Notes: generated by a model not told the origin, from the letters alone. 64,000 nucleotides of DNA from Pseudomonadota bacterium (GCA_021777335.1 JAJYDT010000001.1:13295-77294), one strand, 5' to 3'; positions 21,456 through 30,845 are shown, numbered from the stretch's first letter. Made by a program: numbers and translations.

Positions 21456-22784
21456 TTACCGGCCGATACCCCAATACCGGAAACCCGTCTCCCTCAGGAG
21501 TTCGGGTTCGTATTGATTGCGACCGTCAAAGATGAAGGGCTGGCGCATGGTCCGTTTCATCAAATCGAAGTCCGGGTAACGAAAGAGTTTCCATTCCGTC
21601 ACGAGCAGGAGCGCGTCGGTATCCACCACCGCCTGGTACTGATTGTCTGTAAACGTGAGGCGATCGTCTGCAAACCACTCCCGAGGGAATTGCCGCCGGG
21701 CGTTTTCCATGGCCACCGGATCATACGCCTTGATTGTCGCCCCCGCACCAAGGAGTGCCTCGATCAGCACTCTGGAAGGTGCTTCACGGACGTCGTCTGT
21801 GCCCGGCTTGAACGCGATCCCCCAGACGGCAAATGTCTTTCCCGCCAGGTTCAACCCGAAATAGTCGCAGATGTGTTTGAACAGCACCTGTTTCTGGCGG
21901 CCGTTACGTTCCTCGACTGCCTTCAGGAGTATCGGGTCGATGTCACAGTCTTCCGCCATGCGGACGATCGCCTTGACGTCCTTGGGAAAGCATGAGCCCC
22001 CGTAACCACAGCCGGGATAGATGAATGAATAGCCGATACGAGCATCAGACCCGATACCAAGACGCACGCTTTCGACGTCGACCCCGAGGCGTTCGCACAG
22101 GTTCGAAATCTCGTTCATGAACGAGATCTTGGTGGCAAGCATCGCATTAGCCGCATACTTGGTCATCTCGGCCGCTGGCAGCGACATGAACAGGATGCGC
22201 TCGTGATTGCGCATGAAGGGCGAGTAGAGATCGCGCATGATCTCGCGGGCGTATTCACCGTCGCAGCCGATGATGATCCGGTCCGGCCGCATGAAGTCAG
22301 CGACGGCGTCTCCCTCCTTCAGGAACTCGGGGTTGCTGACCACGTCGATCCGTATTTCGACACCTCTCTCCTTGAGCTCCCGCAGGATGGTTTCGCGGAC
22401 CGTGTCTGCCGTACCCACAGGCACGGTCGATTTGGTGACGACAAGGCTGTCCTGCGACAACAGCCGACCGAGATCGCGTGCCACCGAAACCACATGGCTA
22501 AGATCCGCCGATCCGTCCTCGCCCGGTGGAGTCCCCACCGCGATAAAGTACGCGACCGCGCCGTCTCCGTCCGCGAGCCGGGAGGTGAAGCGGAGACGCC
22601 CGCTCCGCTGATTCTCCATCACCATGCCTTCGAGGCCCGGTTCATAGATCGGGAGGATGCCCTGCTTCAGCTTTTCGATCTTCGGTCCATCGACATCAAC
22701 ACAGGTGACGGTATTGCCCATTTCCGCAAAACAGGTGCCAGTGACCAGGCCGACATAGCCTGTTCCGACGATAGTAAGCTTCAT
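21456..22784 (-). CDS. ugd: UDP-glucose 6-dehydrogenase
   Basis: [16 protein letters not shown] Rossmann motif and the GGSCFPKD catalytic Cys motif. 442 aa. Confidence 0.93.
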   Translation of the reverse strand: MKLTIVGTGYVGLVTGTCFAEMGNTVTCVDVDGPKIEKLKQGILPIYEPGLEGMVMENQRSGRLRFTSRLADGDGAVAYFIAVGTPPGEDGSADLSHVVSVARDLGRLLSQDSLVVTKSTVPVGTADTVRETILRELKERGVEIRIDVVSNPEFLKEGDAVADFMRPDRIIIGCDGEYAREIMRDLYSPFMRNHERILFMSLPAAEMTKYAANAMLATKISFMNEISNLCERLGVDVESVRLGIGSDARIGYSFIYPGCGYGGSCFPKDVKAIVRMAEDCDIDPILLKAVEERNGRQKQVLFKHICDYFGLNLAGKTFAVWGIAFKPGTDDVREAPSRVLIEALLGAGATIKAYDPVAMENARRQFPREWFADDRLTFTDNQYQAVVDTDALLLVTEWKLFRYPDFDLMKRTMRQPFIFDGRNQYEPELLRETGFRYWGIGR

Positions 22785-23183
22785 GATACAGAGCCTTGAT
22801 CAGCGATCGGGACCAGGCATTGTAGCGAATGCAGGCGCAGCAAGACCAGCAATGCCTCAGCCCGGCGGTGTCTCAGTATGAAGCTCGCGATGCCCCCCGA
22901 AAAAGTCCGGGGGAAATATTCGCCAAACGGTTGACGTATTGTGAGTCCTGTGAAATACGGCTATTCGCTCTTCCAGATCAATAGAGACGTAGCGATTTCC
23001 AACAAAGATCGGGGCGAGACAGGGATCACGGAGGCATCCCCGCCAGCACCTGATCCAAGAATGCTCGGGTGGCAACCTTGCCGTAGTGACGTGTGGCCAG
23101 GTGGATAATGCGCGCCAGACGGGGCCCTTGGATTTGCGCAGGTAAGCCGGGGTGCCGGACCACCGGCCCGGGTGGCACCACCC

Positions 23184-24383
23184 TTATAGGAAATTGAGTC
23201 CCAGCGGTATGACAGTGAGCCGGTCGCCCTCGGAAAATCCGGTCTCGGATTCCTCGATCCTGATGAGGCCGTTCGTTTTTCCAAGCGGTCCCACCATGTG
23301 TGATCCCTGGCCAGGGAACGTCCATGCCATGAGTTGCCCGTTGATCTGGCGCAGCCGTGCGCGCAGAAACTCGGTGCGCCCGGCACTGCGCTTGTAATGG
23401 TGTCCTGCCACGGCGGTCAGCTCCGCGCGCGCGGGTGTTCCGCCATGCCAGATCGCAAGCGCAGGTTCGACAAACAGCTTGAATGTCACGAGGCTCGATA
23501 CGGGATTTCCGGGGAGCGCGAAGAAATGCGCGCGTCCGCTCAGATGACCGAAGGCGAGCGGCTTTCCGGGTTTGACTCGGGCACGCCAGAAGTGCACTTC
23601 ACCGGCTTCCGCAAACGCGTGTTTGACGAAATCGTAGCTGCCTACCGAGACCCCGCCGCTTGTGATGATGAAATCATAATCGGCAGCGTTCGACACCACC
23701 TGACGTAACGTGCCAAGGTCATCGCCGACAATACCTCCATCGATCACTTCAGCGCCAAGTTCCTCGAGCATCGCAAGCGTCGCCAGCCGGTTGCATTCAT
23801 AGGTGCGTCCTGGGGCTGGTGGCGAGCCCGGGGCAATGAGTTCATCACCGGTTGCGAATACGAGCGCACGCGGCGCTTTGCGCACGGCAACACGTGCAAG
23901 CCCCGCTGCAGCGACTACCGCGAGATCCCATGACCGCAACCGGTGCCCAGAAGCATATAACGGTGTCCCGGCCGCGAAATCCTCGCCGGCTTCCCGCACG
24001 TTCTGGCCCGGGACGACGGACGAGGCGAGGCGGACCATAGCACCCTCAACCGTCACATCCTCCTGCATGATCACCGCATCCGCACCCTGCGGCAAAGGCG
24101 CGCCGGTAAAGATTCGCATCGCGCTGCCGGGTACAAGCGGCGCGGCGAGACCGCCGCAGCGTGATTCCCCGGTGACCCGAAGAGACGCGCCAGCGGGGCC
24201 ATGCGCGCTTTCGAGGGCGTATCCGTCCATTGACGAGTTCGTGAAGGATGGATTGCCAGTCCGGGCAACGATAGACGCGGCGAGATAGCGGCCACGTGCC
24301 TGCCACAGTCCCACCTCCTCGGTTGCAGTTCCAGTCCGTATGCCTGAGCATACCGCGGCGAGCGCCTCTTCGAGGCTTAACAT
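23184..24383 (-). CDS. moeA: molybdopterin molybdenumtransferase MoeA
   Basis: MoeA pattern (SMDGYA...TGAPLP...TSGGVSVG...PGNPVS). Start moved from 24431 to ATG 24383 ([11 protein letters not shown]) to leave a divergent promoter region. Confidence 0.9.
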   Translation of the reverse strand: MLSLEEALAAVCSGIRTGTATEEVGLWQARGRYLAASIVARTGNPSFTNSSMDGYALESAHGPAGASLRVTGESRCGGLAAPLVPGSAMRIFTGAPLPQGADAVIMQEDVTVEGAMVRLASSVVPGQNVREAGEDFAAGTPLYASGHRLRSWDLAVVAAAGLARVAVRKAPRALVFATGDELIAPGSPPAPGRTYECNRLATLAMLEELGAEVIDGGIVGDDLGTLRQVVSNAADYDFIITSGGVSVGSYDFVKHAFAEAGEVHFWRARVKPGKPLAFGHLSGRAHFFALPGNPVSSLVTFKLFVEPALAIWHGGTPARAELTAVAGHHYKRSAGRTEFLRARLRQINGQLMAWTFPGQGSHMVGPLGKTNGLIRIEESETGFSEGDRLTVIPLGLNFL

Positions 24384-24389
24384 GATTTT

Positions 24390-24418
24390 TTGGCGCGCAG
24401 ACGCGGGGGGTTTATAAT
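24390..24418 (+). promoter_or_regulatory. candidate sigma70 promoter of moaB-moaC
   Basis: TTGGCG (24390-24395), 17-nt spacer, TATAAT (24413-24418), 32 nt upstream of the moaB ATG. Confidence 0.45.
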
Positions 24419-24449
24419 CCGCGCTCGACAACCTACAAGAAGCGCGTGC

Positions 24450-24974
24450 ATGCCGGAGTCATCATCCTCGTTCCTGCCTCTCAATGTGGCTGTCCTGACA
24501 GTGTCCGACACGCGGACACCCGAGGATGATACCTCCGGTAACGTAATCGAGGAACAGCTCCTGCGCGCGGGGCACCGGCTGGGGTCGCGCGTGATCTGTC
24601 GTGATGATCGCAACGCGATCCGCGCACAGGTAGAGCAGTGGGTCCGTGACGAGGGCGTTGATGTCGTGATCACCACCGGAGGCACAGGGCTGACGCAGCG
24701 GGACGTGACGCCCGAGGCTGTGGCGCCGCTTGTGACGAAACCGATTCCGGGCTTCGGTGAGCTGTTCCGGTTTCTTTCGTATCAGGATATCGGCACATCG
24801 ACGATCCAGTCGCGTGCCGAGGCGTGCGTTGCCGACGGCACGCTCCTGTTCCTGCTGCCTGGGTCGACCGGCGCGTGCCAGCTCGCGCTCGAACATATCA
24901 TCGTGCCGCAACTCGACCGGCGTAAGAAGCCGTGCAATCTGGCCGAACTCCTGCCACGCATCCGGTATGAGTGA
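24450..24974 (+). CDS. moaB: molybdenum cofactor biosynthesis protein B
   Basis: [19 protein letters not shown]...[12 protein letters not shown]...GFGELFR...PGSTGAC closely follows E. coli MoaB. 174 aa from ATG 24450. Confidence 0.9.
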   Translation: MPESSSSFLPLNVAVLTVSDTRTPEDDTSGNVIEEQLLRAGHRLGSRVICRDDRNAIRAQVEQWVRDEGVDVVITTGGTGLTQRDVTPEAVAPLVTKPIPGFGELFRFLSYQDIGTSTIQSRAEACVADGTLLFLLPGSTGACQLALEHIIVPQLDRRKKPCNLAELLPRIRYE

Positions 24975-25452
24975 CCTGACGCACCTGGACCGGCGCGGCG
25001 AGGCGCGCATGGTCGACGTCGGTTCGAAGGATGTGACCGTCCGCCGTGCCACTGCAAGTGGCCGCATCCTGATGCAGTCAAAGACCCTGAGCCTGATCGA
25101 GGGTGGCGGCCACCACAAGGGGGATGTCCTCGCCGTGGCGCGTGTCGCGGGCATCATGGCGGCGAAGCGTACCTCCGAGCTTGTGCCGCTCTGCCACCCG
25201 CTCGCCATCGATTCAGTGGAAGTCTGCCTCGCCGTGGTTGCGGAACAGGCCTGTGTGTCCTGCCAGGCGACCGTATCCAGCACGGGCAAGACCGGGGTCG
25301 AGATGGAGGCATTGACGGCGGTGGAGATCGCGTTGCTCACGGTTTACGACATGTGCAAGTCGGTTGACCGAGGGATGACCATCACGGATATCGCCCTTGT
25401 GTCCAAGAGCGGCGGTCGTTCGGGAGACTGGCAGCGTAATCCGGCATCATGA
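24967..25452 (+). CDS. moaC: cyclic pyranopterin monophosphate synthase accessory protein MoaC
   Basis: [23 protein letters not shown]...[19 protein letters not shown]. 161 aa, with the ATG overlapping the moaB stop. Confidence 0.92.
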   Translation: MSDLTHLDRRGEARMVDVGSKDVTVRRATASGRILMQSKTLSLIEGGGHHKGDVLAVARVAGIMAAKRTSELVPLCHPLAIDSVEVCLAVVAEQACVSCQATVSSTGKTGVEMEALTAVEIALLTVYDMCKSVDRGMTITDIALVSKSGGRSGDWQRNPAS

Positions 25453-25483
25453 TCTGCCGCAGTTGTTGCATCCCCATCGTTTC

Positions 25484-28400
25484 ATGACACCTGTTTCTGA
25501 GCCTGGTCTCGGACTCGCGTTTCCAGATCTCCGGTGCGTCGAAACCCTGGAGTTTCTGGACAAGCGTTTCCTCGAGCTGCTGCACGGGCATAACGCCATT
25601 GTGCACGAGCATCTGCTCGCCTACCGGAAAGGGGTGGAATATGCCCCGGAGAAGCTGAGCGCGCTTCTGCTGGCGGCGGCGCCGGTGCTGGAAGGATTTG
25701 TCGCGCAGCTGTTTGGCATTGAACAGGCCCTTGAGGTGTCCTGTGCGGCGACGCTTGCGGACGATCCCGTGTTCGTCTTCAAGAAACTGATTGTCCAGAG
25801 GCGTGCCCGTCGGCGGCTCCTGACCGACGCCCCCGTGCAGACCTTTGGCGAACTCGACCAGTGGCTGACGGACCAGCTCGTCGAGACCGGCTTCGAGGGA
25901 CCAGACCGCGAGCTCGCGGTGGCGCAATGGGCGGGCGTCCTTCTGGGAGCACCAGAGCGTTATGCCGCGGAGCTCGAGCGCCTCACACAGTGGTCGGTGC
26001 AGGCGATAAGGACCGATGAAGGGCGCTCGGCTGTCCGCTCCTGGTCGAGCTTCCATCTGCCGCAGCCGCTCGACTATGCGCATCTCGTGCCGGTGTGTCC
26101 GGTGCCGGGCGCTCCGTTAAAGATGGAGTCTCCACCCCGAGTCCGCAGGTTCCGCGATGGTTTCAAGCTGACCGACCAGCGCATGTCGTCGCGACAGGTC
26201 CAGAGCCAGGTGCACTACTGCATCTATTGCCACGACCACGACGGCGATTTCTGCTCCAAAGGCTTTCCCGTGAAAAAGGGCGACCCGGAGGCGGGTCTCA
26301 AGACCAACCCGCTTGGCTCCGTACTGACGGGATGCCCGCTCGATGAGAAGATCTCCGAGATGCACGCCCTAAAGCGCGACGGACACACGATTGCTGCCCT
26401 CGCAATGGTACTTATCGACAACCCGATGGTGCCGGCCACGGGACACCGCATCTGTAACGACTGCATGAAGGCCTGTATCTACCAGAAGCAGGATCCCGTC
26501 GATATCCCCGAGATAGAGACCCGTGTCCTGACCGATGTCCTGCGTCTGCCGTGGGGCGTCGAAATCTATGATCTGCTCGTACGCTGGAACCCCCTACGCC
26601 CGCGCCAGTGGCTTCCGAAGCGGTATAACGGATGCAAGGTGCTCATCGTCGGCATGGGGCCTGCGGGCTTCACGCTGGCGCATCACCTGTTGATGGAGGG
26701 GTTCGCGGTCGTGGGCGTAGATGGGCTGAAGATCGAGCCCTTGCCGGAGTCGCTCCTCGCGCGCCCGGTGTATTCCTATGACGAGATCGAAGAGCCGCTC
26801 GACACCCGGGTGACAAGTGGTTTTGGCGGGGTCGCCGAGTACGGCATCACGGTGCGATGGGACAAGAATTTCCTCAAGCTGATCCACATGACCCTTGCAC
26901 GCCGGCCTTGTTTCCAGGTGTTCGGGGGCGTGCGGTTCGGTGGCACGATCACGCTCGAGGATGCCTGGGACCTCGGTTTTGATCATGTGGCGATCGCATC
27001 CGGTGCGGGTCTGCCGCGCTCGCTCAAGTTCGAACAGAGTCTTGCGCGGGGCATAAGGCAGGCGGTGGATTTCCTGATGGCGCTACAACTTACCGGCGCC
27101 GCCAAAGCAAGCAGTCTTACCAACCTGCAGGTGCGCATGCCTGCGGTGGTCATTGGCGGGGGTCTCACGGGCATTGATACGGCAACCGAAGTCCAGGCGT
27201 ATTACCTTGAGCAGGTGGAAAAGATGCTGTGCCGTTATGAACGCCTGAGTCACGTTTTCGGGGAAGCCAGGATACGCGAGCAGATAGACGAAGAGTCGCT
27301 CGGTATCCTGAATGAGTTTCTGGAGCATGGGCGGGCGGTCCGGCGTGAACGCCTGCGCGCGGCCGCCGAGGGCACGCTCCCGGACCTCCAGGGTCTCGTG
27401 CGCGGGTTCGGAGGCGTAACCGTCGCTTACCGCCGCGCGATGAATGAGTCGCCAGCCTACCTGCGCAACCATGAGGAGATCGGAAGGGCGCTCGAAGAGG
27501 GCATTTACTACGCTGACGGTCTGGAGCCAGAGGCAGCCTTGCTGGACCGTTTTGGTCACGTGGAGTCGCTGCGATGCCGGCGTCAGGTGCGGACTGCAGC
27601 GGGCTTATGGGAGCCGGGTGAGGAGCGTGTCGTGTTGCCGGCGCGCTCGGTATTCATTGCCGCAGGCGCGACCCCGAATACGGTTTATGAGCGCGAACAT
27701 CCAGGAACATTTGCGATGCAGTCGACCCACTTCCGACCCTATCGGCTCCGGCACGGCCGGCTTGAGGTGGTGGACGTGGCCGCACACTGCAAGGCAGGCG
27801 ACTTCGGACCATTCACCTCCTACGAGCAGGGAGAACACCGGGTTACATTTATCGGCGATACTCATCCAGTGTTTCACGGCACTGTCGTCAAGGCGATTGC
27901 CTCCGGGCTGCGTGCGTACCCGCAGATCGTGGCCGCCGTAGGTGAGAAGGCTGCTCACGTCGGTGACCCGGCCGAGTGTCACCGCTTTCATGCCCATATG
28001 GGCGAGTTGCTGCAACCCGAGGTCGCACGAGTCGTCCGCCACAGTCCAACGGTGGTCGAGGTGCGTGTGCGGGCGGGGCTTGCGGCTCGCAATTTTCGTC
28101 CCGGACAGTTTTTCCGGCTGCAGAACTTTGAACGCCTGGCCCCGATCATCGAGGGGACGCGGTTGCAAACCGAGGCGCTCGCGATCAGCGGGGCGGGCAT
28201 CGACCGCGACTCCGGGTGTGTTTCCCTGATGGTGCTCGAGACGGGGGCAAGTTCCCGGCTCTGTGCGACCCTGAGACCAGGTGATCCGATCGTGCTCATG
28301 GGACCCACCGGGGCCCCGAGTGAGATTTGTTCGGGGCAGACCGTGCTGGTAGTCGGTGGGCGCCGGGGCGCGGCGGTGATCCGGAGCCTCGGTCCCGCGC

Positions 28401-28996
28401 TGCGCGCCGCTGGCAACCGGGTACTCTACTTCGCCGGTTTTCAGACCGCTGACGAGGTTTATTGCCAGCAGGACCTGGAAGAATCCGCGGATGTCATCGT
28501 GTGGTGTACCGCCACCGGAACGCCGGTTCTCTCCCGGCGCCCACAGGACCGGGCAGAATCCGGGGATTTCATGGCGGTCATGGAGCGATACGCCGAGGCC
28601 AAGCTCTACCGTCCGGAACCAGCACCGATCCCGTTCGAGGAGGTCGATCGCATCCTTGTCGTCGGAAGCAACCGGCTTGTGCGCAGGGTGCGGGACGCAT
28701 GCGCCGGCTCGCTGAAGGCGTCCTTCGCACGATCCCCGGAGGTCATCGCGTCCCTCGGCAGCCCTATGCAATGCATGCTGAAAGGAGTCTGTTCCCAGTG
28801 CCTGCAGTGGCACCTCGATCCGGAAACAGGGCGACGCACCTCGTCGTACTTCACCTGCGCCTATCAGGACCAGCGGCTCTGCACTGTGGATCTCGACAAC
28901 CTCGACGCACGTCTTGCGCAGAATCGCCTGCAGGAGACGCTATCCAATCTGTGGGTTGATTATCTGCTCGCACACAATGACGTCGATCGCGTGTAA
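25484..28996 (+). CDS. 1170-aa multidomain flavin/iron-sulfur oxidoreductase (unknown N-domain + GltD/NfnB/SudA-like + PyrK/NfnA/SudB-like)
   Basis: Cys-rich stretch (CIYCHDHDGDFC...GCPLDE...CNDCMKAC). Two dinucleotide folds (KVLIVGMGPAGF; AVVIGGGLTGID). The C-terminal FNR-like part ends in CMLKGVCSQC...FTCAYQDQ. Start re-picked to ATG 25484. Confidence 0.8.
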   Translation: MTPVSEPGLGLAFPDLRCVETLEFLDKRFLELLHGHNAIVHEHLLAYRKGVEYAPEKLSALLLAAAPVLEGFVAQLFGIEQALEVSCAATLADDPVFVFKKLIVQRRARRRLLTDAPVQTFGELDQWLTDQLVETGFEGPDRELAVAQWAGVLLGAPERYAAELERLTQWSVQAIRTDEGRSAVRSWSSFHLPQPLDYAHLVPVCPVPGAPLKMESPPRVRRFRDGFKLTDQRMSSRQVQSQVHYCIYCHDHDGDFCSKGFPVKKGDPEAGLKTNPLGSVLTGCPLDEKISEMHALKRDGHTIAALAMVLIDNPMVPATGHRICNDCMKACIYQKQDPVDIPEIETRVLTDVLRLPWGVEIYDLLVRWNPLRPRQWLPKRYNGCKVLIVGMGPAGFTLAHHLLMEGFAVVGVDGLKIEPLPESLLARPVYSYDEIEEPLDTRVTSGFGGVAEYGITVRWDKNFLKLIHMTLARRPCFQVFGGVRFGGTITLEDAWDLGFDHVAIASGAGLPRSLKFEQSLARGIRQAVDFLMALQLTGAAKASSLTNLQVRMPAVVIGGGLTGIDTATEVQAYYLEQVEKMLCRYERLSHVFGEARIREQIDEESLGILNEFLEHGRAVRRERLRAAAEGTLPDLQGLVRGFGGVTVAYRRAMNESPAYLRNHEEIGRALEEGIYYADGLEPEAALLDRFGHVESLRCRRQVRTAAGLWEPGEERVVLPARSVFIAAGATPNTVYEREHPGTFAMQSTHFRPYRLRHGRLEVVDVAAHCKAGDFGPFTSYEQGEHRVTFIGDTHPVFHGTVVKAIASGLRAYPQIVAAVGEKAAHVGDPAECHRFHAHMGELLQPEVARVVRHSPTVVEVRVRAGLAARNFRPGQFFRLQNFERLAPIIEGTRLQTEALAISGAGIDRDSGCVSLMVLETGASSRLCATLRPGDPIVLMGPTGAPSEICSGQTVLVVGGRRGAAVIRSLGPALRAAGNRVLYFAGFQTADEVYCQQDLEESADVIVWCTATGTPVLSRRPQDRAESGDFMAVMERYAEAKLYRPEPAPIPFEEVDRILVVGSNRLVRRVRDACAGSLKASFARSPEVIASLGSPMQCMLKGVCSQCLQWHLDPETGRRTSSYFTCAYQDQRLCTVDLDNLDARLAQNRLQETLSNLWVDYLLAHNDVDRV

Positions 28997-29143
28997 CACG
29001 CGTCCGCACATCTCCTCTTTGGTTTCATTTTCACGCCTTCTTGATCATGAGGAGTCGTGTTCAGCGATGGTCGACGCGCATGTCAGGCATGCTCGAAGAA
29101 GAAAAATGTTTGCAAATTACAAATTCGCTGATTACAGTATTAC

Positions 29144-29171
29144 TTGACGAGACAAAAAACTGTGATACACA
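29144..29171 (+). promoter_or_regulatory. candidate promoter in AT-rich island
   Basis: TTGACG, 16-nt spacer, then an extended -10 TGaTACACA. This would give a roughly 230-nt leader before ATG 29408. Weak call. Confidence 0.3.
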
Positions 29172-29407
29172 TTGTCTTGCACGCTTGTGAAACGGACGAA
29201 CGTTCTTAGAGGTACGCGACAACATTGCTTCGGGGCCCGTTGTATAACGATAACGAATCGGCAGATCGCTTTAGCGATATGTGCCGTTTTCTCGCTAGTG
29301 ACCGTCGCTCCCATCCCATTCCAATAATTTATGGCGACCGCAGTGCGATAGCGGGCGGCGTCCATAGCAATGCGAGATCGTTCTAACCACAACCAAAGGA
29401 GTCCAGC

Positions 29408-29557
29408 ATGGCAATTAAGAAGAAGGCTGCGAAGAAGTCGAGCATGAAGAAATCATCCAGCAAGAAGAGATCCTCAACCAAGAAGAAATCAGGGAAGAAG
29501 GTCGGGACCAAGAAACGGGCCGGTGCAAAACGCAAGGCCGCGCGCAAAAAACGCTAA
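29408..29557 (+). CDS. 49-aa Lys/Ser-rich highly basic protein (not in ORF track, below its size cutoff)
   Basis: Translated by hand as MAIKKKAAKKSSMKKSSSKKRSSTKKKSGKKVGTKKRAGAKRKAARKKR. AAGGAG lies 6 nt upstream of the ATG, the stop is TAA, and a strong hairpin lies downstream. Confidence 0.6.
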   Translation: MAIKKKAAKKSSMKKSSSKKRSSTKKKSGKKVGTKKRAGAKRKAARKKR

Positions 29558-29684
29558 CCCGTTTCCGGGACTGACTATAACTACAGGGTTCGGGGAGAAA
29601 GACGGGGCGGGTGCTCAACCGTCATGGATGGAGTGTCGCCCCATCCGTTGATCGGACGACGGCCCCTTCCTCATATTGCCGCTT

Positions 29685-29714
29685 GGGCCGGCCAACCAAT
29701 GGGTTGGCCGGCCC
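29685..29714. terminator. 13-bp perfect stem-loop between convergent genes
   Basis: GGGCCGGCCAACC-aatg-GGTTGGCCGGCCC read directly. It lies between the small basic ORF (+) and the 29729-30181 gene (-). No U-tract on either side. Confidence 0.55.
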
Positions 29715-29728
29715 GTTAGTCGCCGGGA

Positions 29729-30181
29729 CTAGTTGTTGGGTCCGTCGTCCTGCAGTTGCTCTTGGTTGACCCGGTCCATGGCGTTTGCCCAGTCGTTCTC
29801 CCGTGTCCGCAGAGGACCGGTCACGGCTTGGTGGAGCGCAATCAGCAGCCGTTCGAACTCCGCGAAATCGGATCCTCCCACTTCGATCTCCTTGCTTGCC
29901 CGTTCAAGCAGCAGCAGGCTGTCCCGAAGACTCGCCACGGATGCCAGCGCGCTTTTTATCTGTTCGCGAGGTTGCGGTATCCAGTCGCGCCGGTTGAATA
30001 CCGACCGCCATTTTTCTCCGACCTCAAGAACCCGTTTGCGCACCCGGGATACGGCGCCCAGGTTGGTTCCCTTGAGATCCCCCCAGACAGCCAGGTCCAG
30101 GAGCCGCAGCCATTGTGCGCGCACCTCGGCCTTCCAGGCGTCATCCAGCGTCAGGAGTCTTGTGAGGTCGTCAGTTGTCAT
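29729..30181 (-). CDS. hypothetical protein (150 aa) coupled to murU
   Basis: Start re-picked to ATG 30181 (MTTDDLTRLL), overlapping the murU stop by 11 nt. No family recognised. Confidence 0.6.
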   Translation of the reverse strand: MTTDDLTRLLTLDDAWKAEVRAQWLRLLDLAVWGDLKGTNLGAVSRVRKRVLEVGEKWRSVFNRRDWIPQPREQIKSALASVASLRDSLLLLERASKEIEVGGSDFAEFERLLIALHQAVTGPLRTRENDWANAMDRVNQEQLQDDGPNN

Positions 30182-30845
30182 CACGGACTTTCCCGGCCAG
30201 CCTGTGGTTGAGGTCCTGTAGCCGTTCCGGGGTTCCAATATCGAACCATTGGCCGCGATAGTGTTCCCCCGTAACCTCATGCTTTTCCATCGCCGCACGC
30301 AGGATCGGCGCGAGCGGCTGGCGTCCGGGGCGGCAGGAGGCGAACAGCGCGCGGGAATAGAGGCCAATGCCGGAGAACGTGAGCATCCGGCCACCCGGAG
30401 CTACCCGTGCCCCGTTCAGTGCGAAATCTCCCTGGGGATGATGTGGTGGATTGTCGACCAGCACAAGATGCGCAAGTCCCTTGAGCGGAACACGCAAGCG
30501 CGCAAATGGATAATCCGTCCAGATGTCGCCATTGATCACGACAAACTGTGGTTCCAGGAGCTCCAATGCGTGCACGATGCCTCCAGCAGTCTCGAGGCCA
30601 CCCGATGGTTCTGGTGAATAGCGGATATGTACCCCGAACCGGGTGCCATCACCCAGGAGGTTCTCGATCTGGGCGCCAAGATGGGCATGGTTGACGATGA
30701 TATCGTCAAAGCCCGCGTTTCCCAGGTTCGTCACGATATGCTCGATCAGTGTCCGGTCACCGGCCGGCAACAGGGGTTTCGGCAGCAGGTCGGTCAGGGG
30801 GCGCATCCGCTCGCCGCGACCGGCCGCCAGGATCATGGCATTCAT
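30171..30845 (-). CDS. murU: N-acetylmuramate alpha-1-phosphate uridylyltransferase-type nucleotidyltransferase
   Basis: MILAAGRGERMRPLTDLLPKPLL sugar-nucleotidyltransferase motif. 224 aa, immediately downstream of amgK as in Pseudomonas. Confidence 0.8.
   Translation of the reverse strand: MNAMILAAGRGERMRPLTDLLPKPLLPAGDRTLIEHIVTNLGNAGFDDIIVNHAHLGAQIENLLGDGTRFGVHIRYSPEPSGGLETAGGIVHALELLEPQFVVINGDIWTDYPFARLRVPLKGLAHLVLVDNPPHHPQGDFALNGARVAPGGRMLTFSGIGLYSRALFASCRPGRQPLAPILRAAMEKHEVTGEHYRGQWFDIGTPERLQDLNHRLAGKVRDDN

Noticed and set aside
22990-23070. Fragment resembling the TPP-riboswitch core (ACCTGATCC..AATGC)
   Set aside because: The CUGAGA element and the pairing partners are missing. It lies on the plus strand with no downstream plus-strand gene, and no thiamine gene is nearby.
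24384-24449. Moco riboswitch upstream of moaB
   Set aside because: Only 66 nt separate the re-picked moeA and moaB starts. Most of this is taken by a TTGGCG-N17-TATAAT promoter, which is too short for the roughly 130-nt Moco RNA motif, and none of its conserved stems are visible.
29132-29392. 86-aa minus-strand ORF in the AT-rich island
   Set aside because: It has a TTG start without an SD. It is full of codons that are rare for this genome (ATA, CTA, AGA, TTA), and no family is recognisable. It is more likely non-coding leader sequence.
29415-29618. 67-aa minus-strand ORF listed in the track (Ser/Leu-rich)
   Set aside because: It is the antisense of the 49-aa poly-basic ORF. The plus-strand reading has AAGGAG-N6-ATG and a downstream hairpin, and the minus-strand reading has neither.
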